NCBI RefSeq assembly: GCF_018350175.1
Contig: NC_058368.1
Span: forward strand, 156,614,001-156,678,000
Length of the DNA: 64,000 nucleotides
Origin: Felis catus
Lineage: Eukaryota
Direction: 5' to 3'
Shown: positions 27,259 through 39,279 of the stretch, one piece after another
Layout of the letters: each line of letters starts with the position of its first letter
How positions within the stretch are numbered: the first letter of the stretch is position 1
The notes under the pieces: model-generated
What the model saw: the letters and a program-made list of their open reading frames with translations, nothing else
What the model was told of the DNA's origin: nothing
Databases searched by the model: none
Made by a program: the position numbers and the translations under genes

Positions 27259-27753
27259 AAATGTAATACATGTCAGGGTGTTTATTAGCAAAATGAGAAC
27301 TATGCTCCTCAAAAACCAATATTTTTAATATTTGAACATTTTAATGGAAATCTCTCTAAATCACATTGCCTATTTCCCTGCCTCGGTGGCCAGCAAATTT
27401 TGCAGGACATTGCTTTGTGACTTTGCCTTATTAATATTAACACAGGACTGTGCCTGCACACTGCACACCTTTGTGAACTCCACGGGTGGAGTTCAAGAGT
27501 GTTCTGAGGTGCCATGGAGTTTCACAGGCCACCTGTAACTTCCCCAGGACTCCACAGTCTGCTTCAGCTAGAGTCCCACTGCTCTCGTCTGTTTTACACA
27601 TTGGATTTCTACTCTGGACTGTGTTTGAATAAGGATTTCCCCGATTAAACAAATTTATTGTACCAAGTGACCTTGAAGGGGTTCTAAGATTTCATGCTAC
27701 TTATTAATATATAATGCAGCAAGAGATAACAGTGTATTTTTATTTATCTATTT

Positions 27754-27759
27754 TGTCTG

Positions 27760-27812
<53 letters not shown>

Positions 27813-27873
27813 TTACCTACCTACCTACCTACCTACCTATCTACCTATCTACCTATCCATTCATCCACCCACC
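27754..27873. repeat. Compound microsatellite (CTAT)13 followed by (TACC)n and degenerate units
   Basis: Read directly. Confidence 0.95.
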
Positions 27874-28966
27874 ACTGCTGCTATTGAGATGGCCTCTCAC
27901 TGAAGACTAGTCTAGAGAAACAAGTTCTAAACTCTGGGTCTGGAAGTTTTGTTAAGGAATAGGAGTGGCAAAGAAGGAAAGAAGAAAAACGAATTTGTGA
28001 TAAGAATAAATAATTATCTTGGCAAAGACCAAGGAGTTAGTAACAACCCATTTACATAGAGCTTAAAATAGAATTTAAAAGTGTACATGTATACATTTTA
28101 TCACTTCATTTTCTCCAGGTAAGTGAGTTGTTATATTTGAAATGACATTCCAGTCTAGCTTTTCCTTCATGGTTAGTATGTGAAATCACCTTCTACTTTT
28201 CTATTATATGAGCATCTGTATTCTTTACTATTACATGAGCGCATGTATTCATTCTTACAATATTTCAGCTTGTTGATGGATATACTCAGTAACATTTTCT
28301 ATGCACTCCAGAAGTCAAACTCTGCACTCAAATTATATGTGGGTACAATCTAGGCTATACAGCATCTTCCATTAGCAATGCTAGTTTCTCAAATGGCACC
28401 ACATCTGAAACTCTTACTTGCGTGTCCCTCCTTTCATTTCTCACATGAGAACAAGAACTTTACTTACAGGGTGGGAAGGAGAAAGAATACTCCATGGGAT
28501 CTTTCATGCTTTCACAGAAATAAAATGAAGTTCATGGCGGCTTTACCTACTGCCATTAGTTACAAAATGCTTTTCTATAACCTGGAAGAACATTCCTAAA
28601 ATGACCTGGAAAGCTAAGGGAGAGGAGAAGGGGGAATATTTCTTCACACAAACAGGGTTAATAAATGTGAGAATTAAGTTGATATGCATGAAAGGTTAAA
28701 AGGAAAAAGGGGAGGAGGTCCCAAAGACATACTAACCAGGTATCATTTTAAAAGGAATTTTTCCTTCTCCAAAAATTTCTTTTATCAAAAATGGTGCTCT
28801 TCTAAAAAGAAGCTCCGCAATTCATTTATGATTTGATTAACTGCATAGTCATGAAATAGAAAAATATTTAGTGTAAGTGTGAAGAATAGGAACTTGAAGT
28901 AAAATTATAAGGCAAAGAGGGAAGATATAAACTTATACCACCAGTAGTAGGAAAGACAGTCATTTA

Positions 28967-29222
28967 TTTTTTTATGTAAAAAAATTTTTTTAATGTTCAT
29001 TTATTTTTGAGAGAGAGAGAGAGAGAGACAGAGTGTGAGCGGAGGAGGGGCAGACACAGAATCTGAGAGGGAGACACAGAATCTGAAGCAGGCTCCAGGC
29101 TCTGAGCTTCGAGCTTCTAGCTTTTAGCACAGAGCCCGATGCGGGGCTCAAACTCACAAACTGTAAGATCATGACCTGAGCCGAAGTCGGACACTTAACC
29201 GACTGAGCCACCAAGGTGCCCC
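28967..29222 (-). mobile_element. CAN-SINE (feliform) with internal duplications
   Basis: TSD ggaaagacagtcattta (28950-28966) / ggaaagacaatgattta (29223-29239). Confidence 0.93.
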
Positions 29223-29675
29223 GGAAAGACAATGATTTAACATAAGTACCCATTTGCATCTTTCTGGCAATTCCTGACAATGTGACTTGGGCATGTTGCT
29301 CCCTCTCTGGGTCCCACTTTTTTTTTACCTATGGTTCTCCCGACTCTAGAGCTCCACATGTACTAAGAGCGCTATTCTGTGTGTGTGGTGCTGGAAGGGG
29401 GGAAGTAAGGGGAGTTAGAGGTGTCTGTGTGTGTAGGGGCTCCTGAAAAGAAAACAGTATATTCCATAAACAAAAAAGATTTAACCTGCTTAAGATAGCC
29501 ATTTATAACTTTTATTACTTTTTTAAATCAAAATTTCAAGGAGCTTGTGGATGAGATGGTGACAAATGGAATTCCACAGGGGAAGAAAAAAGAAACTGAA
29601 AACCACTAGCTTTAATGCTCTTTAAGGTACTTTCTGAGTCACCTGCTGCTCTGTTTAAAGTTTCTTTCCTCTGTA

Positions 29676-29844
29676 TAGTAAAGTTCTCAAAGTGTGGTCC
29701 ACAGACCAATGGCATCAGTGTCACCTGAAAAGTGGCTAGAAATTCACGTTTTTTAGCTCCAGCCCAGACCAAGAAAATCGGCTCTGTATTACCCAGACCT
29801 CACTCAAGGTCATTATGATACATGCTCAAGTGTACAAACCCCTG
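29676..29844. mobile_element. MER5A hAT-Charlie MITE
   Basis: gttctcaaagtgtggtcc..gacca..gcatcag..tcacctg..tagaaat. Confidence 0.82.
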
Positions 29845-30236
29845 CTTTAAAAGTTCTAAGGGTCATGTGCACTGGCCTTCTCCTATGTTCTAATTACTAT
29901 TATTAATTACTACAATTGTGAACATTATCCACTCTCTGGCATGGATACCATTTATGCTAATTAAAGTCTTTTAGTCCTGCTTCTAAATTTACTGATTAGG
30001 AAAGCAGATTGGTTTGGATAGTTGGAAAATTTAAAGAGAGAAGTAGGAGCCTACTGCAAATTTGTGTTAAGTTTATTATTTTCCTCCTTTAATTTTTTTT
30101 TTCTCCTAGGCTGTACTTAAATAATACATATTGACGGAAGTATTGATAATTAGTCAACCAAAAATTACTTATTGAGCACCTAAGTGGCAAGGAGTGTTAA
30201 ATCCAAGACATCCCTCAATAAAACGAACATATTAGA

Positions 30237-30451
30237 GGGGCGCCTGGGTGGCGCAGTCGGTTAAGCGTCCGACTTCAGCCAGGTCACGATCTCGCGGTCC
30301 GTGAGTTCGAGCCCCGCGTCAGGCTCTGGGCTGATGGCTCGGAGCCTGGAGCCTGTTTCCGATTCTGTGTCTCCCTCTCTCTCTGCCCCTCCCCCGTTCA
30401 TGCTCTGTCTCTCTCTGTCCCAAAAATAAAATAAAAACGTTGAAAAAAAAA
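30237..30451 (+). mobile_element. Very young SINEC_Fc
   Basis: CpG-intact body, pure A tail, perfect 17-nt TSD aaaacgaacatattaga (30220-30236 / 30452-30468). Confidence 0.98.
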
Positions 30452-30636
30452 AAAACGAACATATTAGAGCTAGGATTTAGTTATCTCAGGGAATGTTTTC
30501 AACCACGTCTGTGTTGAAACAGAATTCTATTTGAGGAGGGAAAGAAAAGGGAGGGAAGAATAAATAGGAAAACCAACCTAGTTTCAAAGCAAAGAACCAA
30601 CATTGCAAAAGGAAGAAAGAATCTTTGAACTTTTAA

Positions 30637-30790
30637 ACAGGTAATTCCCCAATTTTAGTGGTGAATTTGTTGAAATTAGTGGGCCTGACCCTCCTGAACA
30701 TGATTCGGTTCTTAAGGTGCAGAGCTACGCATGTATTTCCAACATGTGCCCCGTATGATTCTCACACGCACCGAAGTTTGAGGTCATTCG
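30637..30790. mobile_element. Degenerate MER5-type MITE
   Basis: tgattctcacacgcaccgaagtttgag 3' motif. Confidence 0.5.
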
Positions 30791-31107
30791 CATAAGGAAT
30801 ACTCATCCAAGTTGAGATTTAATAAAGAAAATCAACACACCAGGTAACAATATCAATTTCCAATTCTGAGGCAATTAGTCAATGACATATATCTATAGTA
30901 AGATTTTAGAACGGGTGAGCTGGCATTTTAAGAAGTGTATTAGTTTATGTGTTATTCCTTGAAAAGGAATTCAAGAATTCAATTCCTTTTCCTATGTATA
31001 AAAGAGGTTAGGCTAGGGAATAGGTTTTCAGAACAGTAAGTCAGCCAGGAGAGTTCACAGCTCATGCAAGCTCAGAAGAAATAAACGAACTGAATGATTG
31101 AACTTAC

Positions 31108-31185
31108 TTGTGCATTTTGGTAATAAGTACTCTGAAGCTCTGCTCTGCAGAAGCCCGGGACAGGAAAAGCAGGCCTGCCGCACGT
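31108..31185 (-). CDS. MCTP1: MCTP1 exon ~8 (78 nt, cassette-type): TCGRPAFPVPGFCRAELQSTYYQNAQ
   Basis: Acceptor catctccatccag|ACG, donor CAA|gtaagt; similar to recalled human TCGRPALPVLGFCRAELQNPYCKNVQ; phase 0/0. Confidence 0.92.
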
Positions 31186-32039
31186 CTGGATGGAGATGAA
31201 CGATCAGAGCTGTACGGGAAAGCCTTGTGCCTCTATCAACACCTCATTTCAATTAGAGTTCAGCATTACTCTTCAAAAAAACATTATTTGGAAAAGAATA
31301 TGTATTTGACCCCCAAGTCACTGTCGGAAAACGTCTTCTAGCACAATGAAGATCAATGCCAATGCAATAATATGATTTTCAGCCACTGTTTTCTTTAGTG
31401 GCGTAATGCAATGGTCAAGAAAATAAAGGACAGAGATTACACGGTGATGGATCCTGCTTCAGTGGTTTCAGCTTTTTGTTAATGGGTGTCGCAGTGAAAA
31501 GAACCATAGCAAGAGAAATCATGGAAAGTCTGCTGCTTCAGAATATTTTGGAGACTGTTTCCAACATCAAAAAAGTGATAAGGCCCCAGAAGAGTGTTTC
31601 ATGGACAGGCAACAACTATGATATGCTAACTACATCCCACATGGAATCTTTTGCAATGATTAGAGAGATCTCTAAAGCAACTGAGAAATTCTACCCCACA
31701 TAATTTGCCCCATTTTCTCTTTGTTGCCCCGTGCCTAAGAAAGCAATCATGAAGTCCCTGTATTACCAAGACCAAGAGCAGCAAGGTATGGATTAAGAAA
31801 GACGCAGCTGAGCAAGAAATACTAGAAGGAGACTATCATGATAAGCTGAAAGTTTGTATGCAATGACGAGAGCACCTGGACAGTCTTCAAACAATAGTAT
31901 TATCATGAGATGAGAACATCAACAGGGAGGGTGAGATTTGGCCCATGTGAAAGGTTAGATCATACACAAAGAAATAAGCATGTGTTGAGCAACTATTAGG
32001 CACTGGGGTTTTCATACTCCAGCATCTTTCATGACAAAT

Positions 32040-32142
32040 ATTGTTAAGGTAAAGAAACTGAGGCACAGAGTTGATAAATACTCTACTCAAAGCCAAATGA
32101 TTACAGATTGGCAAGACTGAGATTTGAATCTGGGTTTCTGAT
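32040..32142 (-). mobile_element. MIR fragment
   Basis: gaaactgaggcacagag...gagatttgaatctggg. Confidence 0.7.
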
Positions 32143-35100
32143 ATTGACGGTTTTCTGCACTATTTCTCATGCTTTGGACAAAGCTTAAGAAGTTCATAAT
32201 ACAAAGAAAAAAAGGGGGATTTGTTGAAATACTTTGACTCTTGTTTAGACAAAATATATCCATGGGTATAGGTTACTGAGAAAGGCTAATCAGGGACTTA
32301 GAGGAAGTAAAAGTGGGCAGGTGGTGATAACTCTAGCATATATTGTTCAGTAAAGTATATGAGAGTTAACTGTGTTCCATAATGAATTATACTCTAACAT
32401 TTATTAATAAGGTGGTGAAATTGTAGAATCTCACAAATAAACTGAGAACACTTCTGTACTTCAATTCTGGTTATTAAAGTTTCTTAATTCAATTCCTTGA
32501 AAACCTGGATCACTAACAGAAGGAGGTATCCTATTATTCTAGATCCTGATTAAAAAACAGGATGTAAACAAACAAACAAAAAAATCTAATCTAAACAAAT
32601 CTAATCAAAACAAACAAAAAAAATCTCTCTAGAGTTAACATATGGCTAAAACAACCCACACGGTCATATTAATCTTCTCCCTGATATATGCAAATAATCC
32701 CTGGCTTTTGCTATCTTAGATTTCATTACCTGTGTACAACCTAATCCTTCCAAATGAGCCCCAGACCCTGTGAAATGAGTGAAAGACATCACCGTGTCTT
32801 TACAATAGCTGTGTGTGGAGTCAGCTCACCTCTATTTTCAGCACAGAGGTGCACATGCTTTTATTTAATCAAATGATCCACGAGACACTACAAAGGAGAG
32901 ATAATGACAGCCTAGAATGACTGTTTTGTGCTGCAAAGCCTGGAGTGTGGAGCAATTATTAGCTCAATCCCAGGCACAGGCATGTTCTATCTTTTCCTTT
33001 GCCTGCTGAGTTGATTCCAGTGAATTACACCTCGGTGATGAAGTCCAACAAGCAGATTTGTTCTACAGTCCATCTGTCCGCTCAAAGCAGGATTGCCTTT
33101 ACAGAAAACCTTCCCAGGGCTTTGTCCAGCCTAGTTTAAAGTGTCTCATGTAATAATAAAGCTTCGATCCCTTTTTTCTTAGAAGATGATTCACGGCACT
33201 ATAATCCTTAGAGAAATTCTCCTGGTTTTTATCCTTAAACTTTCTTTCCTATTTCTGTTGCTTCTTGATATAACTTACGGTGTCAGGAAGGTATTTATGT
33301 TTACTTCAGATGCTTTAACTACTGTCTGAAAGCTTAACTGTAGCCAAACAAAAGTTCTCAAGCTTTTACAATGTTTGCTCAAAATATATACTCTTAGAAA
33401 ATCATTATATATGCTGTAATCTTGTTGGCTAAAGTTGGCTTGTTACTAACGTAATGTACTCGTTTCCACCAATAATGTAAAAAAAATAATGAGTCCTGGG
33501 TTTGACTTACACTTTTTCTTTGGGGACTTTTAATTAAATGTTATAAATATATATTTTTTTCTGAAGGTCTTACTTTCATACCTGAAGTATAAATAATACC
33601 TGCACTTTTCTTGGTTATATGTCATATATGGTTGAGTTGTTAAGAATGCAAACACTTCAGCACAGGATAACATTCTTGTGTGATAAAACCAATACTTCTC
33701 TTTGGCCTTCAGGGTCTTCCTTCAACCACACTTTGATTTGACCCTACTGTAAGATGGTGCTCTGACATAATTCCTAATTGTTCTGTATTCTATGCACTCT
33801 TTTTGGCCCATTTCATATTACGAGCCATTTCTCCATTTTTCTATATGAGGTATCTTGGTATAGCCCAGCCATTCTCCACTTAAACAATCTTAACATTTCT
33901 CTTTAATTCACTACAGCATTCTCATAATCTGGTTTGTTCAATTAACTCTCAGTCATGGAAATCTAAATGTCCAGTCAATGGAGTTAATTGGGAAAAACTT
34001 AAATGTACTAAATATTTGAAGCAACAGCACTAAGTTATCATCCTTTATTGAGAAGTTAAAATCTTTAATGAAATTCTGACTTAGAGTAATCCAAATGGCT
34101 TCGTATAATATTTGTTGCTTTTATGAAAAGTATGGCAATTGCTATATATCCATTGCTTAATGTTTTGTGTTGTAAGATATCATGTTTTGATGAATTATAA
34201 CTATTATGCCTTTGGAAAATCAGACTATTTCTGTACCACTTCGATCTTCTCTTTCTATTATTTTGCTCTCAAGGAAATTAAGATCTAGCAAGTAACCATG
34301 ACATTTATTAAGTAAGTTCTCGCCAGGATTTAGTTTCACCCAATGTAATTCAGTTGCTGTCTCCTGAATACATGCATTGATCCTTATAAACAAGCTGATA
34401 AAGGCTCATAAACACACATATATGCCTCATGTAAGATTCTATCTGAACTATTTAGGTCTTCTGCATATCTGAAAATGTCTATGGAGAAACTCCTTTGCTA
34501 CACATCTCCTCTAAAAACTAATAAACATAAAAAAATCACAATACAAATATTACCTGGGCAAGGAGCAATTAGGTCAGTTGTCGGAGTGACTTTTAAACAT
34601 GATATGAAAAATCATACTTATCCAAAGTAGACTTGATCAGTGATTTGCTGATTTTATAAGATGGGACCTCAAACATAGCAACATCACAGCCCTCAACACA
34701 TCCATCTATCAGTGGGTTAATGAGCTGTGGGGGAGAAGGGTTACATAATGCAAGAAAAATCTGAAAGGGGGTTAGTGAAGAAAAATTAAAGGAAGGCTTT
34801 ATTTTTACATCCTATCTGTATTCATTATTGACCCCAAAAGGAACTTAGTTGCTTTAAACAATTATTTCTGTGATATTCAGAGAAAGAAAAATATTGGTCC
34901 TGGTTGATTCTACCATTTTCAGGGATGTCAGGTCAATGGCATCACTTCTCTGGGCCTTAGTTTCCTTAGTGATAAAACAAATGACCGCTAAATGTTCTGC
35001 TTTTATGACTCACTTGGTTAGTTACTCAACATACGCTCGGAAGAAAAGATATTAGATTATGTACCTCAAATACAAAAAAAGCTATCTTTTAAATTTGCAT

Positions 35101-36541
35101 ATTTCTTATTCTAAAATAAGACAGTTAAAGAAATTGAGAAAGGTTAATAAAGAATATTTAAGGATGAACACAACCAAATGGAAAGTACTAGTACATGCAA
35201 TACTAATTTGGAAGTAGCAAAGATTTTGAAAGAATCATTTGAAAGGGAAGGCCTTAAAACTTATTTCTTATGCAATTGATCCTGGTAGCAAGGTTTCATT
35301 CATAAAGATCGGTTTGCATGTTTGCTGTATATGGAACAAACTCAACAGAGAACACTCCTGAATTCTGCTCTCTTGGCAAAGAAGTATACTGTATGAATAC
35401 AGAGGCTGCATTTTTGCCAAAAGCCAAATTCCATTTAAGGTGATATAACAATTCAAAAGCAGTCACTGTGTTCATGGATAATGCGTGAACATACAAGAGA
35501 AATTATTATTATTTTAGCAAGGACACCGAATAGCAATAGTGGAGGTAGCCGTCAGTAGACTGAAAGGAAATGAAGATGCTATAAAAATTAAAATAAGCTC
35601 ACACCAATAACAGTGTGTGTGGAGGGAGCAATGGATGAAGAGATGTGGTTTAAGCTGGCTCATTGGTCAAGTCAAGGCATGACTTAATTTAGGGTATGCC
35701 AGTCTGCTTAAAAGACACTGCAACAAACCTTACAGTTCTAAAGGGGAAGGGTAGTTTTCAGTCATGAGCAGTTGAAGAGCCAAGGAAAGAAAATGGTAAA
35801 GCCTTATGAGTGTAGCATTTTCATTGCAATATCTATCGCTAGGTAATCATGTACCAAGTGTGAATTTTCCAAGAAAGAGGGAAACTCTTGGCAAAGTAAT
35901 AAGTGCATTTGTAATAAATCGTGCTGTGCATAATGCAGAATTAGAGCAGAGAAAATAGGATGACAGAGCTCGTTATGTTTAAGTCATGAAAGAGTAAATA
36001 ACATTAAATTGCAATGGCATTTAAAACAAATTCTCTGTGGAATTTTCACTTTTTTCTTTATTTAAATCAACAGCAGAGTTGCTGTTTTCTAATTCATAAG
36101 TTTTTTTTTTCAAAGAAAGAACACTGATTATGTAGTACGTATATAGTATAAGATCACTGTAATAGAAGTAAATTTTTCCCAAACAGATGGAGCAGATTTT
36201 ACAAGAAGGGAAAAAAGAAACTTAACGGACTCTCTAGATAGCACCATTATATTCCTGGAAGGCCTGTGGGCCTCTAGCTGTTAAGAGTTTGGGATAAACT
36301 TAGTCCCACAAGCAACTGACTTCAAAGCAACATATTAAATACATGAAGTTCTTAGTTTATACAAATGAAGAAATGCAAGAGTCACTCGAATGACTTGGAA
36401 TAAAAGTTAATAAAGAAGGCAATTGAATACATTTTTCTGAGACCCATTTTAAAAATGAATTTCCTAATTCACACTTAACTTTCAAAAATCACTGTTCAGA
36501 ACCAAAATCAAAAATATTAGTATAAAGGATTTCGACATTAC

Positions 36542-36601
36542 CCTCCAAAAGAAAGACTTCACAGAGAAATAAGATCCAACCACTTCATTTTCTGAAAGAT
36601 C
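36542..36601 (-). CDS. MCTP1: MCTP1 exon ~7 (60 nt, cassette-type): DLSENEVVGSYFSVKSFFWR
   Basis: Acceptor tttgtttttag|GAT, donor AGG|gtaatg; recalled human ELSENEVVGSYFSVKSLFWR; phase 0/0. Confidence 0.93.
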
Positions 36602-37474
36602 CTAAAAACAAACAAATATTTAGCTAAATTTTGAGGTGTTTTTGAGAATACTTAATTAGCCCAATGAAACCAAAATAAATAAAACCCCAAAGTTATAGGT
36701 CCTATGACACTTTCGATGTTTATAAACTGTTAGTTTTCTTTCCTTGAGTAAATTAAAGTTTTTCTCTTATTCATATGTAATATCAATGGCGGTAAGTTTA
36801 GAAAGGATTATTTCTGTAATTTTTAAAGAATCTACTTACCTCTTTATTTTAAATTGTTGATTATTATATCTCAAAGTGTAACACTTTATTTTAGAAAATA
36901 GAACTGTTCAAAAGTACTTTAAGATTTTGAAATAAGTCATATAATATCTGTGCCTTTTAACAAAACAATTTAACACCATAGACCCACAGAGCATTTTTAA
37001 AGAATAATAGTAGCAATTTTAGTTATAATCATGTACCTACTCAAATTTAGTTTAATCCCTATTAAAAACGTCCTAGTTTTATGATATAATATAGAACATA
37101 GATAATACAAGTTAGTTAACTTGGGCCTTACAAAAATAATTTAATAAAATGAATACTGAGAAGAGTAGCAATATCCTAACAAAACATCACGTTGGATATT
37201 TTATTACTTAATCCTCAGACATTTATAGAGTAAAACCAGTTCAACTTCAGGAAATCAAATCATTGTTGGTCACTTTTAAGGAGAACATTTGCATTACATG
37301 CAGCTTTTAAATTGGTATGTTTTGCATCCTGTTTCTGGGTGTCAGTTATGGTAAAATTGTGGGAATCTGAGGACCCTTATCAGGCAGCATCAACCTCTGA
37401 CATTGTGATGAATCAGAAGAAGTTTTGTAACTTACTTGATTCCTCCATAACTTTGTGTTAGCGACTAAGACAGT

Positions 37475-37537
37475 GGCCCAGCACCTCACATGATGCCTAT
37501 TGCATAGTAGGTGCTCAATAAATAATTTGTTGATTGT
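37475..37537 (+). mobile_element. L2 3' terminal fragment
   Basis: gcatagtaggtgctcaataaata. Confidence 0.7.
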
Positions 37538-39058
37538 TAGTTACTGGGAGTTTCCACTGGTTAGGTATAGATATTCCTTCCAAAAATGATACCAAAAATC
37601 ATATCAGAAAATAACAGTGAGCTAACATGTTTAGGGTGTACAGCAAGTTGTATAATTTAAATTTAGAACTAGAATTACATTAAGGATAATTTATATAATC
37701 TACCTGTTTTGTTTGTTTGTTTGTTTACACAAAATCTATTTCTTACTGAAATTACTTTCACTTCCCCAAGTTACCCGCATAGGATTTGGTCAGGTAGCAT
37801 GGCTAATGTCAGAGGTTACTAGGAAGAACTCTTGAGTTTAAGACTTTGTTTTATCATCACTACAGAGTTATAATTCAATTACGTGTACAGCTATGGTTCT
37901 CATCTGTCACTCGTAGCACGCTGTCACATCAGTATCTCAAAAAAAAAAAAAAACACGCAACAAACAACAAGTCCTGAAAAAACACATTTACCTTTGGACA
38001 TTGGGGCATGAATGTTACAAGGAATGACTGTAGTCTTTTGATGCTGTGCACTGTTTAACTACAAAGACCTTCTTCCAGATTTTACAAAAGATGTGTGTTT
38101 CTTTTCTATTGCTAATTCTCTCCTTACTCTGATTCCCAATTCTTTTTAAATTAAGCAGCATGTTTAGCAACATGTGGAGAATTTTAAAGTATCATATTAA
38201 AGGAACTGAAGTCTTGAAGTCTCCTTACACAAATAATTTCCCAAGAGCCAATAAGACAAGTAATACAACAGTGAGTTTTACCTTAACGTAAAATGCATTA
38301 AGGCAACTTAAATGGAGGTGAGAGTACTGGCTTTAGACTCAAGACAGTTACAACAAATAATATGACCATTAAACATTGCAAAGTATTGTTAATTCATTTA
38401 AAGTTCAAGTGGTCTAAGGTGACTAATGTTGAAACCACCGACTTCATACTTTTCATTCTTCCTCAGATGAATACCCTTTGAGGGTAATGAGATAATTATG
38501 TGACTGGTACGCAAAGAGATTGATGAATTTGTGTGTGGGGGGAGGGGGAAGGGGAAATTTTAATGATCAGCATTTAGAACTTAGGTTTCTCTGTTAAAAT
38601 TTAAGAAACAAAAATATTAGCCACATTTGGATCCACTGACGTGCTCAGGCTGTGCTTTTCATGCCATGTTTAATTACTTCTGTCATTATTCATCAACTAA
38701 AATTTATATTTCATTTTACAACCTACATTCTCATGTAAATTTAGGCCTTTATTTCAAATGGAACAACTTAATTTTCCTGTGGACCCTTATGTCATTTATT
38801 GCCTTGATGAATATAAAATCCACAGCAGATGAGGCGTGGCTTTCCTTTAGTGAGAGTTTCTAATAATAACAATAATAATAAGACACCTGGCATTATGATA
38901 AAGAGTTCTAAAAAAAGTGAATTTTTGAGGGCAAGATTTCAATCATTATTGTAGATATTTAGTTATATTTCTGTCTCCATTGGAACAAGAATCTGATAAG
39001 TGAATGAAAGGCCATTTTAAAAGTGCTAAAATTAAAAAAAAATTAAAAAAAAAAAAAA

Positions 39059-39279
39059 GGGGGGCGCCTGGGTGGCACAGTCGGTTAAGCGTCCAACTTC
39101 AGCCAGGTCACGATCTCGCGGTCCGTGAGTTCGAGCCCCGCATCGGGCTCTGGGCTGATGGCTCAGAGCCTGGAGCCTGTTTCCGATTCTGTGTCTCCCT
39201 CTCTCTCTGCTCCTCCCCCGTTCATGCTCTGTCTCTCTCTGTCCCAAAAATAAATAAACGTTGAAAAAAAAATTAAAAA
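39059..39279 (+). mobile_element. Young SINEC_Fc preceded by an extra A-rich tract
   Basis: Perfect 16-nt TSD aaaagtgctaaaatta (39019-39034 / 39280-39295). Confidence 0.97.

Noticed and set aside
28201..28250. Short direct repeats resembling repeat-spacer units (also 17385, 43920, 46014, 50662)
   Set aside because: Two copies only; ordinary local duplications, not CRISPR-like arrays
30237..30320. tRNA-like A/B boxes
   Set aside because: tRNA-derived SINE head, not a tRNA gene
36834..36842. Strong orphan donor GAG|gtaagt upstream of exon 7
   Set aside because: No plausible acceptor upstream within exon distance
38536..38554. G-rich runs (also 14613-14631 and 42953-42969) as G-quadruplexes
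   Set aside because: Short isolated runs with no further support
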